Of a stretch of 64,000 nt of DNA, positions 41,336 through 51,743 are shown piece after piece. Made by a program: the position numbers and the translations under genes. The number at the start of each line of letters is the position of its first letter. The first letter of the stretch is position 1. The DNA lies in the NCBI GenBank assembly GCA_963775685.1, contig CAVZJV010000014.1, positions 224,001 through 288,000 of the forward strand, in the 5' to 3' direction. The DNA is from Candidatus Bathyarchaeota archaeon (GTDB taxonomy: Archaea; Thermoproteota; Bathyarchaeia; Bathyarchaeales; Bathycorpusculaceae). A model generated the notes under the pieces. The model worked only from the letters and a program-made list of their open reading frames with translations, had not been told where the DNA came from and made no database searches.

Positions 41336-42046
41336 TTGATTGACCTGAACTTAGCCGCCTTCTCTGCAGCATTCCTGCTCGTTGTTCTTGCCGAGATGGG
41401 CGACAAAACTCAGTTTGTAGCCATGACCTTCGCCACGAAATTCAACCCCCCCAAAGTGCTCTTTGCAATTTTCATAGTAACAGTTGCCAACTTTGCTATA
41501 GTCATCGTAATTGGCCAACTGTTAACTGAAGTTGTACCCATAGAAGCAATCTCTCTAGTGGCTTCAATCGCTTTTATTGGCTTTGGAATATGGACTGTGC
41601 GTGAAGAAAAAGCCGTAGAAGACAGTGTTAAGGTTTCACGTTTTGGTGTAATCGCAACTGTGGGTATTGCTTTCTTTCTTGCGGAATTAGGGGACAAAAC
41701 CCAGCTTGCAACTTTAAGTTTAGCTGTTCAATATCATAGTCCTGTCAGCGTACTGGTTGGTGCAACTTTGGCGATGCTTGTCGCAGACGGCATAGGTATC
41801 GTCATCGGTGTTGTCTTTTGTAGGCGGATTCCACGGCACAAACTAAAATGGTTATCTGCCGTAATTTTTGTGCTATTTGGTTTAGTTGGCGTTTTCGAGG
41901 TTTTATTGGTAAGGGTTGGGTTAGAATACACAGCTTTAGTTTTGGGGTTGCTGGTTGCAATTTCAGGATGCACAATGTACAGTCTTTCTAAGAAGCAAAA
42001 ACCACTCGAATACCCCCTATTGTGCAAAAAATCAGCTTTATCTTGA
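41336..42046 (+). CDS. TMEM165/GDT1 (UPF0016) Mn/Ca transporter
   Basis: Two signature copies, EMGDKTQ and ELGDKTQ. Confidence 0.92.
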   Translation: MIDLNLAAFSAAFLLVVLAEMGDKTQFVAMTFATKFNPPKVLFAIFIVTVANFAIVIVIGQLLTEVVPIEAISLVASIAFIGFGIWTVREEKAVEDSVKVSRFGVIATVGIAFFLAELGDKTQLATLSLAVQYHSPVSVLVGATLAMLVADGIGIVIGVVFCRRIPRHKLKWLSAVIFVLFGLVGVFEVLLVRVGLEYTALVLGLLVAISGCTMYSLSKKQKPLEYPLLCKKSALS

Positions 42047-42206
42047 CATTTTCCAAATTTATGAATAGCTTGGGCTAATTGAAGCATGGTTAAGATTTTC
42101 TTGGTCGAAAGATGACAACTTGTTGCTGTGTTCACGCTATAACCAGTCTTAAATCTCGTCACGCACCCAACCTCTTATTTAACGTGGTTTTTTTGGAGGT
42201 GAAGAT

Positions 42207-42601
42207 ATGCCGTTATTTGGAAGAAAAAATGAAGCGCAAAAAGTTCCCTTAAACAATGATGTTGTGATGAAATGTATATGAGGAATGTGCCCTGTACAGG
42301 CTCAAAGCGCCTGTTCTGTGCGTAAACTTAAGATGATGATGGATATGAAGAACAACATGGGTATGAAGGGTTCAGGTATGCTGCTGGTTCGATGGGTGCG
42401 ATGCCAGATCAGATGGGTGAGATGAAAATGCCCAAGCCCCAGGAGTTGCTCGGACCTTTCTGTTCAATTGGAAAAGCAGCCTGTAGCGACCTTGACAGAA
42501 ATAAATCTTGTATATGTCCCACATGCCAAGTCTACAAATAATTCAGCCTTGTTTCTGGTAAGCCCATAGAGCACTTCTGTTTCAACGATAGTGCAATCTA
42601 A
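42207..42601 (+). pseudogene. DUF2769-like Cys/Met-rich protein, disrupted
   Basis: GGAGGTGA SD; MKCI*GMCPVQ..Met-rich stretch..FCSIGKAAC..SCICPTCQVYK*..HFC; two stops and a frameshift. Confidence 0.6.
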
Positions 42602-42642
42602 AAATTAGACACTTTTCTAATTTTCTTTAAATTTTGATTAAT

Positions 42643-44646
42643 TTATGGATTTTTTCTGCGAAGCGTCTGACTATTAACTGCAACAATCACTGTACTAAGA
42701 GACATCAAAATCGCACCAACAGCTGGGTCAATGACTATGCCTAAACCTGAAAAGATGCCTGCCGCCAGCGGAATCGCAAAAATGTTGTATCCAGCTGCCC
42801 ACCAAAGGTTTTGCACCATCTTTGAATAGGTTCGCTTCGAAAAATCAATAACTTTTGACACATCACGCGAATCGTTTTTCACAAGAATTATGTCTGCGCT
42901 TTCGATGGCAACGTCTGTTCCTGCTCCAATCGCAAGTCCAACATCAGCCGTAACCAAGGCAGGAGCATCATTGATGCCGTCGCCTACCATTGCAACTCTA
43001 AAACCCTGAGCTTTCAAACCTTTGATTTTCTCAGCTTTCTGGTCAGGGAGCACCTCGGCAAAATAAGCATCAATGCCAAGCTCCTCTGCCACCGACTTTG
43101 CAACTTCCTTAGAATCACCCGTCAACATGTAAACCTTAATACCTCTTGCCTTCAACTCAGAAACAGCTTTGCGTGATTCCTCACGGACACTATCTGCAAG
43201 TGCAAAAACTCCAGCAAGTTCTCCTTCAACCACAACGTAAATTACGGTTTTTCCACTCTTTTGAAGTTTCAGAACTCTTTCGTCGGTTGTTTGGATGTTT
43301 AGCTCTTTTAGAAGGTTTAGGTTTCCAACGTAAACGTCTTTGCCGCTGACCTTTGCTTTTGCACCCTTGCCGGGGATAGCTTCAAAACTTTGGCTTTTAG
43401 GAATTATGATGCCTTTTGCTTCTGTGTACTTGACTATGGCTTTGGCTATGATGTGCTCGGAATTTTGCTCAACCGCCGCTGTCAAACTCAAAAGTTCCTT
43501 TTCCAAAACAAAAGATATTACGTCGCTGACTCCAAACTGCCCTGTGGTTAAGGTGCCTGTTTTATCGAAAACCACGGCATTTATGGTTTTTGCGTCTTCG
43601 AAGGCTTTTCTGTCTCTGATTAAGATGCCACTCTTCGCAGTTATCGATGTTGAGAGAGCAATCACAAGCGGTATCGCTAATCCAAGTGCATGGGGACACG
43701 CTATTACGAGCACTGTGACTGTTCGGTTTAAGGCGAATTGTACGTTTCCAATTAATGCCCAGATAGCAAAAGTTATGGCGCCAGCGGTTACTGCTACATA
43801 GAAGAGGAGCGCTGCCGCCCTGTTTGCGAGGTCTTGGGTTCGGGATTTGCTTTCTTGCGCCTGCCTAACAAGCTTAACCACTGAAGACAGGTAAGTTTCC
43901 TTGCCCGTCTTTTCAATCCTAACTTTTAATGACCCGTCGCCATTTACCGCTCCCCCAATCACCCCATCCGACAACTGTTTTAGCATAGGTTTAGATTCGC
44001 CAGTCAAAAATGCCTCATTAACAAACGATTCCCCATCAACAACCACACCATCCGAGGGCACCTTCTCGCCGGGACGAACCAAAACAACATAGCCCACCTG
44101 CAACTCAGAAACAGGCATATCCATAATCTGACCATCCATCACCATATGCGCCGTAGTCGGCATAATTTTAACAAGCTCCTCCAGGGCTCTTGACGCGCCC
44201 ATGATGCTTCTGGCTTCAATCCAATGCCCCAAAAGCATAACGTCGATTAGGGTGGCGAGTTCCCAGAAAAAATCGTTTCCAACGGGGAAAAAAACTGTGG
44301 CGGCTGAAAAGAAAAAGGAAACAGAGATTGCAGTGCCAATCAGAGTCATCATTCCGGGTTGGTGGGCTTTAATTTCTTGTGTTATTCCTTTAAGGAATGG
44401 CCATCCGCCATATACATAGATAATTAACGACAAAATCAAAAGAATGTAGGCTTGGTAGGGTAGCGTTAGGGCGTAGTCAAACCATGTTTGGATTCCGCCT
44501 GAGAGAATCAGAACTGGAATGCTAAGGGCGAGGCAAACAAAAAATTTTGTTTTTAATGATTTTGTATGCATGCTGTGTGTTGGAGCTTCATGGGTCATTC
44601 CCTTCATGTTCATCTGCTTTTGCACACTGTGGTTTTCATGTTTCAA
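42643..44646 (-). CDS. copB: Copper-translocating P1B-3 ATPase
   Basis: His/Met-rich N-terminus, TGES, ACPHALG, DKTGT, GDGINDAPAL, WAAGYN, MSLST. Confidence 0.93.
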   Translation of the reverse strand: MKHENHSVQKQMNMKGMTHEAPTHSMHTKSLKTKFFVCLALSIPVLILSGGIQTWFDYALTLPYQAYILLILSLIIYVYGGWPFLKGITQEIKAHQPGMMTLIGTAISVSFFFSAATVFFPVGNDFFWELATLIDVMLLGHWIEARSIMGASRALEELVKIMPTTAHMVMDGQIMDMPVSELQVGYVVLVRPGEKVPSDGVVVDGESFVNEAFLTGESKPMLKQLSDGVIGGAVNGDGSLKVRIEKTGKETYLSSVVKLVRQAQESKSRTQDLANRAAALLFYVAVTAGAITFAIWALIGNVQFALNRTVTVLVIACPHALGLAIPLVIALSTSITAKSGILIRDRKAFEDAKTINAVVFDKTGTLTTGQFGVSDVISFVLEKELLSLTAAVEQNSEHIIAKAIVKYTEAKGIIIPKSQSFEAIPGKGAKAKVSGKDVYVGNLNLLKELNIQTTDERVLKLQKSGKTVIYVVVEGELAGVFALADSVREESRKAVSELKARGIKVYMLTGDSKEVAKSVAEELGIDAYFAEVLPDQKAEKIKGLKAQGFRVAMVGDGINDAPALVTADVGLAIGAGTDVAIESADIILVKNDSRDVSKVIDFSKRTYSKMVQNLWWAAGYNIFAIPLAAGIFSGLGIVIDPAVGAILMSLSTVIVAVNSQTLRRKNP

Positions 44647-44934
44647 AATTAAATGCCTCAGGCTTTAACTAATCGAATAAAAGCTAACTGAATATTATTG
44701 GGCGATTATTTAAATCTTGTAAAAATTCATGATACTCGCAAGCCACATTGCTTACTACCCAAATGATGAAAACGGCCCCTCATCCATTTTCCTTATTAGC
44801 CAATAATTAGTAATCGACTTTGCGTAAATCCTAATGCAAAAAGACTTGACACAATAAATTTTTTTTGTTCGCCGAGTCTAATTTAATTTAACAATGTAAA
44901 CGTAAAAAAAGAAAAACTTAGTAACTCATAGATA

Positions 44935-45290
44935 TTAAATGTATTTTCTGTGGGTAGAACCCACATCTTATGCTTCTTAGGAACTGAGTTGACAATTCAT
45001 CTGAGCCCTGTGTCTGAACCTGCCAAACGTTGACGGCGGTGTTTCCGCATCTTGGGCTTTTAACCCTGGATAGTTGGAAGTGTCACTAGTTCCTGCTCTT
45101 CTTTTCCGATGATGACAACAAACTGTTTAGGACTATGCGCGATGAATTTGCCGTTAACTTTGCTGCTAGTGTTTACTTAAAAATGCTTGTAATGTTTGCA
45201 TTTATTACAGGTTAACATGAGCATTGCTTGTTTTCCTGAATTTACCTTAATTGATTTTAGGGTTGAACCACATTCGGAACAAAATTCCAT
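44935..45290 (-). pseudogene. tfs: Transcription factor S (TFS) pseudogene with canonical DE tip, not in the ORF track
   Basis: MEFCSECGSTL..LTCNKCKHY..*..VVIIGKEEQELVTLPTI..*SPRCGN..VWQVQTQGSDELSTQFLRSIRCG. Confidence 0.8.
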
Positions 45291-45472
45291 ACAACTTACC
45301 TCCAATATTTTTCCAATTCAGCATCAAGTGCATGCCATCGCTGGTTGCACTCAATTAAACGTTGACTCAGCTGATGCTTCAAGATGTTATCAAATCTTAT
45401 GGAAAAACAATTAAAAGACAAAATTATAAAAAATAATTTGGTTGTAGAGCCACAACAACAAATGCTAAGGTA

Positions 45473-46135
45473 TCACCGATTTTTCTTTTTGTCTTTGGAT
45501 GTTTTTCTAGGCTTTAGCATAACTGTTGCTTTCTTAAGATCCAGCGTCGTGTTGACGTTAAAGAACGTCTTGAAATCAGGGTCCAACTGTTCAATCACCA
45601 TCGTCGACATATATCGTACGCCTCGCAACCTCTCTACCATCGCTTGCAAGTCCAATTCATCTTCAGCTAGTGCCTTCTTAGTAGCCTCCAACGCTTGTTT
45701 TGTACGATAAACAGCATGTAGGGGTTCAATCTCCTGATTTGTCCATCTTGGAACAACCGCTGCCTTACCTATGCAGCAATCAAAAAGCAAAGACAAAACC
45801 TCAGTGGAAACAAAGGGACTATCAAACGGTAGAAGCGCCGAGTACTCGCCCTTGGCTGCTTCAAACCCAGTTAAAGCTCCAACCAAAGGACCATTTGACT
45901 CACAAACATCAACCGCAAACCTTACTTTCTCGGAAACCAAGTTTGCATAAGTGTCTGCTCGCGCTTGGGTGTTCGTTACCACAATAACTTCCTCGACAAG
46001 CCTTTCCACGGCATCAATGACATGATTCAACAATGGTTTTCCATCCAACTGTAAAAAGCCTTTATCTGTGTTAAATCGTGTAGAGGAACCTCCTGCCAAA
46101 ATAATAGCTGACCTATCCAACAAATCCATCTCCAA
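45473..46135 (-). CDS. mobA: Molybdenum cofactor guanylyltransferase
   Basis: ILAGGSSTRF..DKG, GPLVG, D.PF, EPLHAVY, FFNVNT. Confidence 0.9.
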   Translation of the reverse strand: MEMDLLDRSAIILAGGSSTRFNTDKGFLQLDGKPLLNHVIDAVERLVEEVIVVTNTQARADTYANLVSEKVRFAVDVCESNGPLVGALTGFEAAKGEYSALLPFDSPFVSTEVLSLLFDCCIGKAAVVPRWTNQEIEPLHAVYRTKQALEATKKALAEDELDLQAMVERLRGVRYMSTMVIEQLDPDFKTFFNVNTTLDLKKATVMLKPRKTSKDKKKNR

Positions 46136-46205
46136 ACAGGAAATTCTAGCACGTGAAGTATTGTTTAAGCTTTTTTGTTAAATAAAATAGAAATAGAGTG
46201 AAGTT

Positions 46206-46991
46206 TTAGTTGACTTCGTTTGTCTCGATTTTCTTAGCCATCTCTGCAAGGATTTTTGTGAAGGGATGGTCGGGTTTGTCCTGGACAAAAATCAAGTTTC
46301 CCTCGGCCCTTAGAATTTCACAGAAGCACGGCACCATACCCAGCATTGGCACTTGATATTCCGCTTTGATTTTAGCTTGCATCTCTGTCTTCTTAGCGGT
46401 CACTGAGGCATCAAGCACTTTGTTTAGAACCAAACCCGTTTTCTTTTCGAACAGGTTATAGAGTTCAGCCAGCATGCGTTTTGTTCCGTCAACGTCAGAT
46501 CGGTCGCCTGTTGTTGCAACAACTACAAAGTCAGCAGCTACAATAGCATTGATGGAGGAATACTGGAGTCCAGGGCTGGTGTCAAAGATTAGGTAATCGA
46601 ATTTCTGGTCTTTAAGTAGCGTTTCTCTGAGTGCAAGTAGGCGTCCTAATGCGCGCATCTCCCATTTGCGGTCTTTCGATGACATGTCTCGGATTGCTTC
46701 AGTAGATGGGTTTGCTAAGACAGTATAGAACTTACCGTTAATGTTTCCAGTTATTCGGCTGCTTAAATCTATTAGAGTTTTGTCTATTTCGCAAGTATTA
46801 TTTAGATAATCGTTTAACCAAAAATCAGCGGTTGGGGTTTTAAGGATAGCAAATAAGCTTGGAGCTCGAAAGTCAAGGTCGAAGACACAAACTTTTTTAC
46901 CCATCTTGGCGAATGTGGCTGCTAAGTTTACGGACATGGAAGTTTTTCCTGTTCCACCTTTGTAGGAATGTACAGCGATTATCTTGCTCAT
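46206..46991 (-). CDS. MinD/ParA family ATPase
   Basis: Deviant Walker A KGGTGKT, DLDFRAP, FDTSPG, LVLNK. Confidence 0.9.
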   Translation of the reverse strand: MSKIIAVHSYKGGTGKTSMSVNLAATFAKMGKKVCVFDLDFRAPSLFAILKTPTADFWLNDYLNNTCEIDKTLIDLSSRITGNINGKFYTVLANPSTEAIRDMSSKDRKWEMRALGRLLALRETLLKDQKFDYLIFDTSPGLQYSSINAIVAADFVVVATTGDRSDVDGTKRMLAELYNLFEKKTGLVLNKVLDASVTAKKTEMQAKIKAEYQVPMLGMVPCFCEILRAEGNLIFVQDKPDHPFTKILAEMAKKIETNEVN

Positions 46992-46996
46992 AGTGT

Positions 46997-47389
46997 TCAG
47001 CTCTGTGTCTCTCTTTCTATGAAGAAGTAGGCTTTCCTGCCTTTTCGCTCCTTCTTTAAGTAACCCATAATGACTAGTTGATTAAGGTAAGCGCTCTCCA
47101 CTGCTCTTGCCCTTGTGGTTTGCTCAGCGATCTCTTCAGCTGTTGCTCTGCCACATCTGCAAATACTCATAGCAGTCTTGCGCAGGTGATCTGGCATTGA
47201 TAGAAGGGTCATGACATCTAAAGATGCATCGGGCAAGGATAGCGTTGCAGTTTTTTGGTTGTTGCCTTTTCCGTTGCTCTTTTGGATTTCTATCATGATT
47301 TCCATTTTGTCGTTAAGTCTCTCGAGGCTTTCTTCTATTTTCTCTAGAATGTTTAGGGGTTTTTTGTTTGAAAGGTCATTTCTGATCAA
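46997..47389 (-). CDS. Coiled-coil plus winged-helix DNA-binding protein
   Basis: LEKIEESLERLNDKMEIMIE heptads; ATAEEIAEQTTRARAVESAYLNQLVIMGYLKKERKGRKAYF. Confidence 0.78.
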   Translation of the reverse strand: MIRNDLSNKKPLNILEKIEESLERLNDKMEIMIEIQKSNGKGNNQKTATLSLPDASLDVMTLLSMPDHLRKTAMSICRCGRATAEEIAEQTTRARAVESAYLNQLVIMGYLKKERKGRKAYFFIERETQS

Positions 47390-47561
47390 GATTAGTCCTC
47401 GAGTTGTTTTTCATTTGTACATGTGTACAGTTTGATAGCTAAGTGATTAGCTATTTATTAAGTCTTGCGACACTGTGATATTAATTTGAAATAAACAAAA
47501 CCAACAAAGAAATTAAAACAAGTGAAAATAAAATTTAACTGATAGAATATAGACAAGAAGT

Positions 47562-47855
47562 TTAATAGGGAATAGGCGTCTGAGTCCTTGATTCCTCTAC
47601 TATAGGCAAGACTTGCTTTAGTTCCCTAAAATACTTCAGAACAGTAATGCCGCGTTGGGTTACAGCGAAAACCACACGTGCTTTCCCAACAGTGCGTTCT
47701 TCAACTAAGCCCTGCTTTATGAGAAAGTCTAGGTATTCCTTAAGGATGCTGCAGTTAACGTTGGCTTTGTACATAACATGTGTTAACTTTAACGGTCCTC
47801 GGTGGGCAAGCACTGTAAGGATGTCTACATACATTTCAAGTTTTGATCGACGCAC
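47562..47855 (-). CDS. Winged-helix protein (HTH_45/COG3432-like)
   Basis: RRSKLEMYVDIL..LTHVMYKANVN..LKEYLDFL..GLV..VTQRG. Confidence 0.85.
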   Translation of the reverse strand: MRRSKLEMYVDILTVLAHRGPLKLTHVMYKANVNCSILKEYLDFLIKQGLVEERTVGKARVVFAVTQRGITVLKYFRELKQVLPIVEESRTQTPIPY

Positions 47856-47942
47856 TTTTGAATCCTCTTTTTTATTTTAATGCTCCGTTTTATTATAAAT
47901 CATTTATGTATTACTAATCAGTATTTTTGTCCATCTAAGCGC

Positions 47943-48143
47943 TCAGTTGGCATTTTTTTTGCTCGCGTTGTTTAACACATTTAATCTATTTTCGAATGCT
48001 GTAACCATATCATCTAGCAGTATTTCACGCAATTCTGTAGACAAATCGTTGATTTTTTCATCAAAAACGTTAGCTAATTTGGCTTCTAATTCTTTCCTAT
48101 CTTTTTCCGCAATTTGCTTCATATGGATATCCTCCCAATTCAA
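47943..48143 (-). CDS. Small helical hypothetical protein (paralogue at 62077-62298)
   Basis: RKELEAKLANVF..EILLDDMVTAFENRL; a second homologue in the window supports coding status. Confidence 0.7.
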   Translation of the reverse strand: MNWEDIHMKQIAEKDRKELEAKLANVFDEKINDLSTELREILLDDMVTAFENRLNVLNNASKKNAN

Positions 48144-49233
48144 TTGTCAACCAAGATGGCTGAAGGCGTATAACTTACTTATGAAAGCAACCTCTGAATC
48201 AGGAATTAATACCTAAAAACAAAACTTCGCTATTTAAGTCCAAATACTGAGCTTTTTTATGATCGTGTATTTTAGGGTTATTAGAGTAACTGTGCTAGGG
48301 TTTTGATAATAATTTATTTGTGTCATCGAAAAATACAACATTTTCTTGAAGACTTACACAGGTGTGTTTTGTCCTTCTTGACCAAAAATAAAAAATCATT
48401 GAAAATGCATTTTGATTCAGCAATTGATGTATAACTGTAGTTCTTATTGTTGTATAGTTGTTGTTTGTTTACAATCACAAATAAATTTAAACAACAACTG
48501 CATATTTTTTCGTACAGAAGCTGAGCATTTATGAACGCTTGAACTTCTTACCGAGGTCATTTTTGTTGTTTTATCCTTTCAAAGAGAAATCTTGGAGTGT
48601 TTTTCTTGTCAAAGGGCGCGTCTCAAACGGTCAAGTCCGAGCGGACCGATGCGAAAACTGCAAATCGACAACACAGGTCTTAGCAACCAACTGCAACAAT
48701 CCCAACCTACTATTGTACGGCTGCAAAGATAGCAAATGCAGACACCAGCTTCTGCGCCTAAATTTTGAAGCCTAAGGAAGTAATCTGCCTCGAAGAATTT
48801 GTCCTGTTTTTTAGTTATCTTCTTTTTGGTTTCCTTGTTTTTAGTCCATCGCCGATGGGTTTGTCACCAGTAAAAAAAGCAGCAGGAAAAAAGTTTTAGC
48901 CGTTCTAAATGTAAGGTACTTCTTCGTAAACAAAGAGGAGAAAAATGCAGGAAATGCTGACTACAAAAGAGATTGTCCCGTTTAATTTACTGAAGTATAT
49001 CGCTAAAGGTGAAAACATTGATGTTTCAAAGTGATTGTTATGCGTGTGAGGTGCCTTGAAACGTGTTTTCAAGATGGCTGAGATTTAGAAAATCAGGGAA
49101 GACCGTTTTCACTTATTGAGATTGATTGTCGGAAAAACACGAAAAGATGTTAACTAAACTGCTTGTGAAAATGTATTAAATGTTTCATTTGGCACTGAAA
49201 AGTTGAAAAATAGTTTTATGCTAAAAGAATTGA

Positions 49234-49311
49234 TGGTGCGGTCGCCGAGATTTGAACCCGGGTCGTCAGCGTGGCAGGCTGATGTCCTAGACCAAACTAG
49301 ACTACGACCGC
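49234..49311 (-). tRNA. tRNA-Gly(GCC) with encoded CCA
   Basis: GCGGTCG...TCAGC-CTGCCAC-GCTGA...GGTTCAAAT...CGACCGC-A-CCA cloverleaf. Confidence 0.95.
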
Positions 49312-49420
49312 CCTGCTCTAGTCTAGGGTACTGTGGCGATGCTAAGTTGCTTTGGTCTTTATTTGTTTTTCCAACTGAAATTGTCGTCATCATTCGTTAG
49401 CTACCTGTTTTTTGTAGATC

Positions 49421-50280
49421 TTAACGCCTGGTTCCCAATTGGTAATCATATATGAAGCCTGCGTTAGTTAGTTTCAGTGCTTCTTCGAGTGTCCTTGCGA
49501 TTGCAGTTATCCATTTTTCATCTGGCTGGGCGATTGCTTCTGATAAGCTAACGTATAATTGAGCGGAACTCCAGCTTTTGTGGCCAAGTTGAACCATTAC
49601 GTGAGCGAGGCTTCTGGTTTTAATGTAAACTGTTGTTCCTTTCCGATATCGAAGTGTGTGAAAATGGATCTTTAGTAAGCGTTGATTGCCAGTGTTTGCT
49701 ACGATTCGTTTACGCATCCTTCTGAAGGATTTGCCGATGTAAGCTTTTTTCTTCTAGGCGAATACTATAGCTTTTGGGTCAGGTACTGTTGTTTTTTGAA
49801 GAGAAATCAGTAGCCGTAGTAGTTTTTCTAATATTCTGTTAAAGCGTGGGTTACTCCCTTTTTCAGGTCTAATGGATATTGTTTTAGCAACTTCGTCTAT
49901 GTCTGTCCAGGTTAATCGATAGGCTTCTCCTGCTCGGGCGCCTGTTTCTTTCAAAAGTTGCAGAAAAATTGACATTTGTTTGCAGTAGTTTGCGTATCCG
50001 GTAATTAACTGGTCTATTTCGGCTTCAAGCGGAATGAACGGTAGTGTACGAATATAGGAATATGTAGGCAGGTCACCTTTGATTCCAGCAAAATTCATGA
50101 AGGATCTGTAGGCTTTTAGGAGGTTGCATTTTTCAGGGGTTAGTCTTTGACTGTAGAGTTTTAGTTAGGGTTGTTTTGACGCTTTCTTGGTCGAAGAGGG
50201 TTACTCCATTGTTTATGTAAAATTCAATCCTGTACCAGTAAAGGTCGTATGAGTCTCTTGCGCTCCCTTACTATGAAATA
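49421..50280 (-). mobile_element. Tyrosine integrase/recombinase pseudogene
   Basis: ETGARAGEA (R), PEKGSNPR (K), HFHTLR (HxxR), LGHKS, LYV (Y). In-frame TAG at 49754 and an upstream frameshift; 5' end approximate. Confidence 0.85.
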
Positions 50281-50410
50281 TGGTTACCCCCACACAAACA
50301 AGAAAAAGTCGCCTTATTGCTTTCCAAAGAGTTTTTAAGTGTATATTGATTTAGTTTAACCAGGGTTTTTTATAAGGTTGAAAATTTTGATCTCGAAGAT
50401 TTTAATATGA

Positions 50411-50692
50411 TTGATATGGGAGCAAAAAAGTTCTCGTTTCATTATCAGCGTTGATAAGGGTGAATTAGTAAAAGGTGAGTTAATACATAAGAAAACAAGT
50501 TTGATTTCAGTTGAGATAAATGAAGCGTTCAGGATTTTGGCAAGGTCTTTGCGAGTGAGTATACCTGATGCCTTGAAGAATTTGCCGCCCTATGATTTTT
50601 ATGCCGTGGAAAATACAGATTTTGGAAGCAAGTTTTGGACCAATACAGGTAAAACAAATTTGTTGGTAATAAAACATAAACTGGAGTTATGA
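50411..50692 (+). CDS. Hypothetical protein
   Basis: 93-aa ORF ending 3 bp from the tRNA 3' end; no recognised motif. Confidence 0.35.
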   Translation: MIWEQKSSRFIISVDKGELVKGELIHKKTSLISVEINEAFRILARSLRVSIPDALKNLPPYDFYAVENTDFGSKFWTNTGKTNLLVIKHKLEL

Positions 50693-50695
50693 CAG

Positions 50696-50769
50696 TGCGG
50701 GAACCGGGATTTGAACCCGAGTCCTAGACTTGGCAAGCCTATGTACTAACCAAGCTGTACTATTCCCGC
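50696..50769 (-). tRNA. Second, divergent tRNA-Gly(GCC) without encoded CCA
   Basis: GCGGGAA-TA-GTAC..GTAC-A-TAGGC-TTGCCAA-GTCTA...TCGGG-TTCAAAT-CCCGG-TTCCCGC-A. Confidence 0.9.
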
Positions 50770-51743
50770 ATGTAGCGCTCAACGCCACAATCTAACCACT
50801 TCCTATACTTGTATGTTTCTTAGTTTTTAGAGACTTTTCTATATTTTCTAATAGGGTTGATATTATATCTTCTGACAATTTCATCAGGGACTGCCCCAGT
50901 GTATTTAATGGTTAAAACTAATTAACAAGTAATACTCAAATGTCAGAGCAAAAATTATTACTCGAATTTTCCACCGCACATAGGATGTACTGTAACATAA
51001 CGCTACCATTTTATAAAAGAGCTATGTCTCTTAATTTTTTCATCTTTTTCAAGCGTTCTGAACACTCAACATGATTTCTCGTCTCAGTAGAAATTATATT
51101 TTGGAATCATCTGACGAAAGAGCCTGACGTTGGTCTGCTTTATCTTTGACTTATCTTAACTTTCTTTTGAGGTTCTATTAGCATGCCGAGTTGTTAAAGC
51201 ATGTACAAGCAGTTTTCTGGTGCATAACAATTATAGTGATTATTCAAAAATCCGAGAACCTATTTCACCGATTTAAATTAAGCATTCGCATGATTTCAAG
51301 ATCTTAAATTTCAGCCAGCTACCCGTTCTAAGCCCCTCTTTCATAGACACTATTTTTCCTTCTGCAAAACCCACTGACAGAATTGTTCCCCTTTCTCCTC
51401 GAGGTAATCATTGACGAACTATAAGCTAGCCATCTTTTAACGAATATTTAAGAATCGCTTTTCTTTCCATCAAAGGCTAATCAATCATAGGTTTGAGTCT
51501 TTTTTCTAAAATATTAAATAAAATATACGTTGCCTCGGTGGAATGTTGGTGCTTCTTTGATGGAATCCACTCCTTCCTTTTAAAAAGCTTAATAGACTTA
51601 ACAAGCAGAGTCTTGTAAAAATTCATTAAGCATCAAGAAATTGTAAACTTGAGCGCTTTAATAAATTAGTTAAACGATGCGACTTCTACCCAAGAGCGCC
51701 AAGTAAGTTACATTTAGAGGAGAACAAGATCAAGGAGAAAAAA

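Noticed and set aside
42207-42601. TGA at a Cys position (CI*GMCP) suggesting selenocysteine
   Set aside because: The same gene also has an in-frame TAA and a frameshift, and no SECIS-like hairpin was recognised; decay is the simpler explanation.
45100-45170. Possible C/D-box sRNA (ATGATGA)
   Set aside because: No D box at a suitable distance; the region is explained by the minus-strand TFS pseudogene.
49754-49756. In-frame TAG in the integrase as pyrrolysine or readthrough
   Set aside because: There is an additional upstream frameshift and no pyl genes in the window.
49234-50769. Intact provirus or attL/attR pair
   Set aside because: The tRNAs are not identical repeats, the interval is only 1.4 kb, and no structural or replication genes are present.
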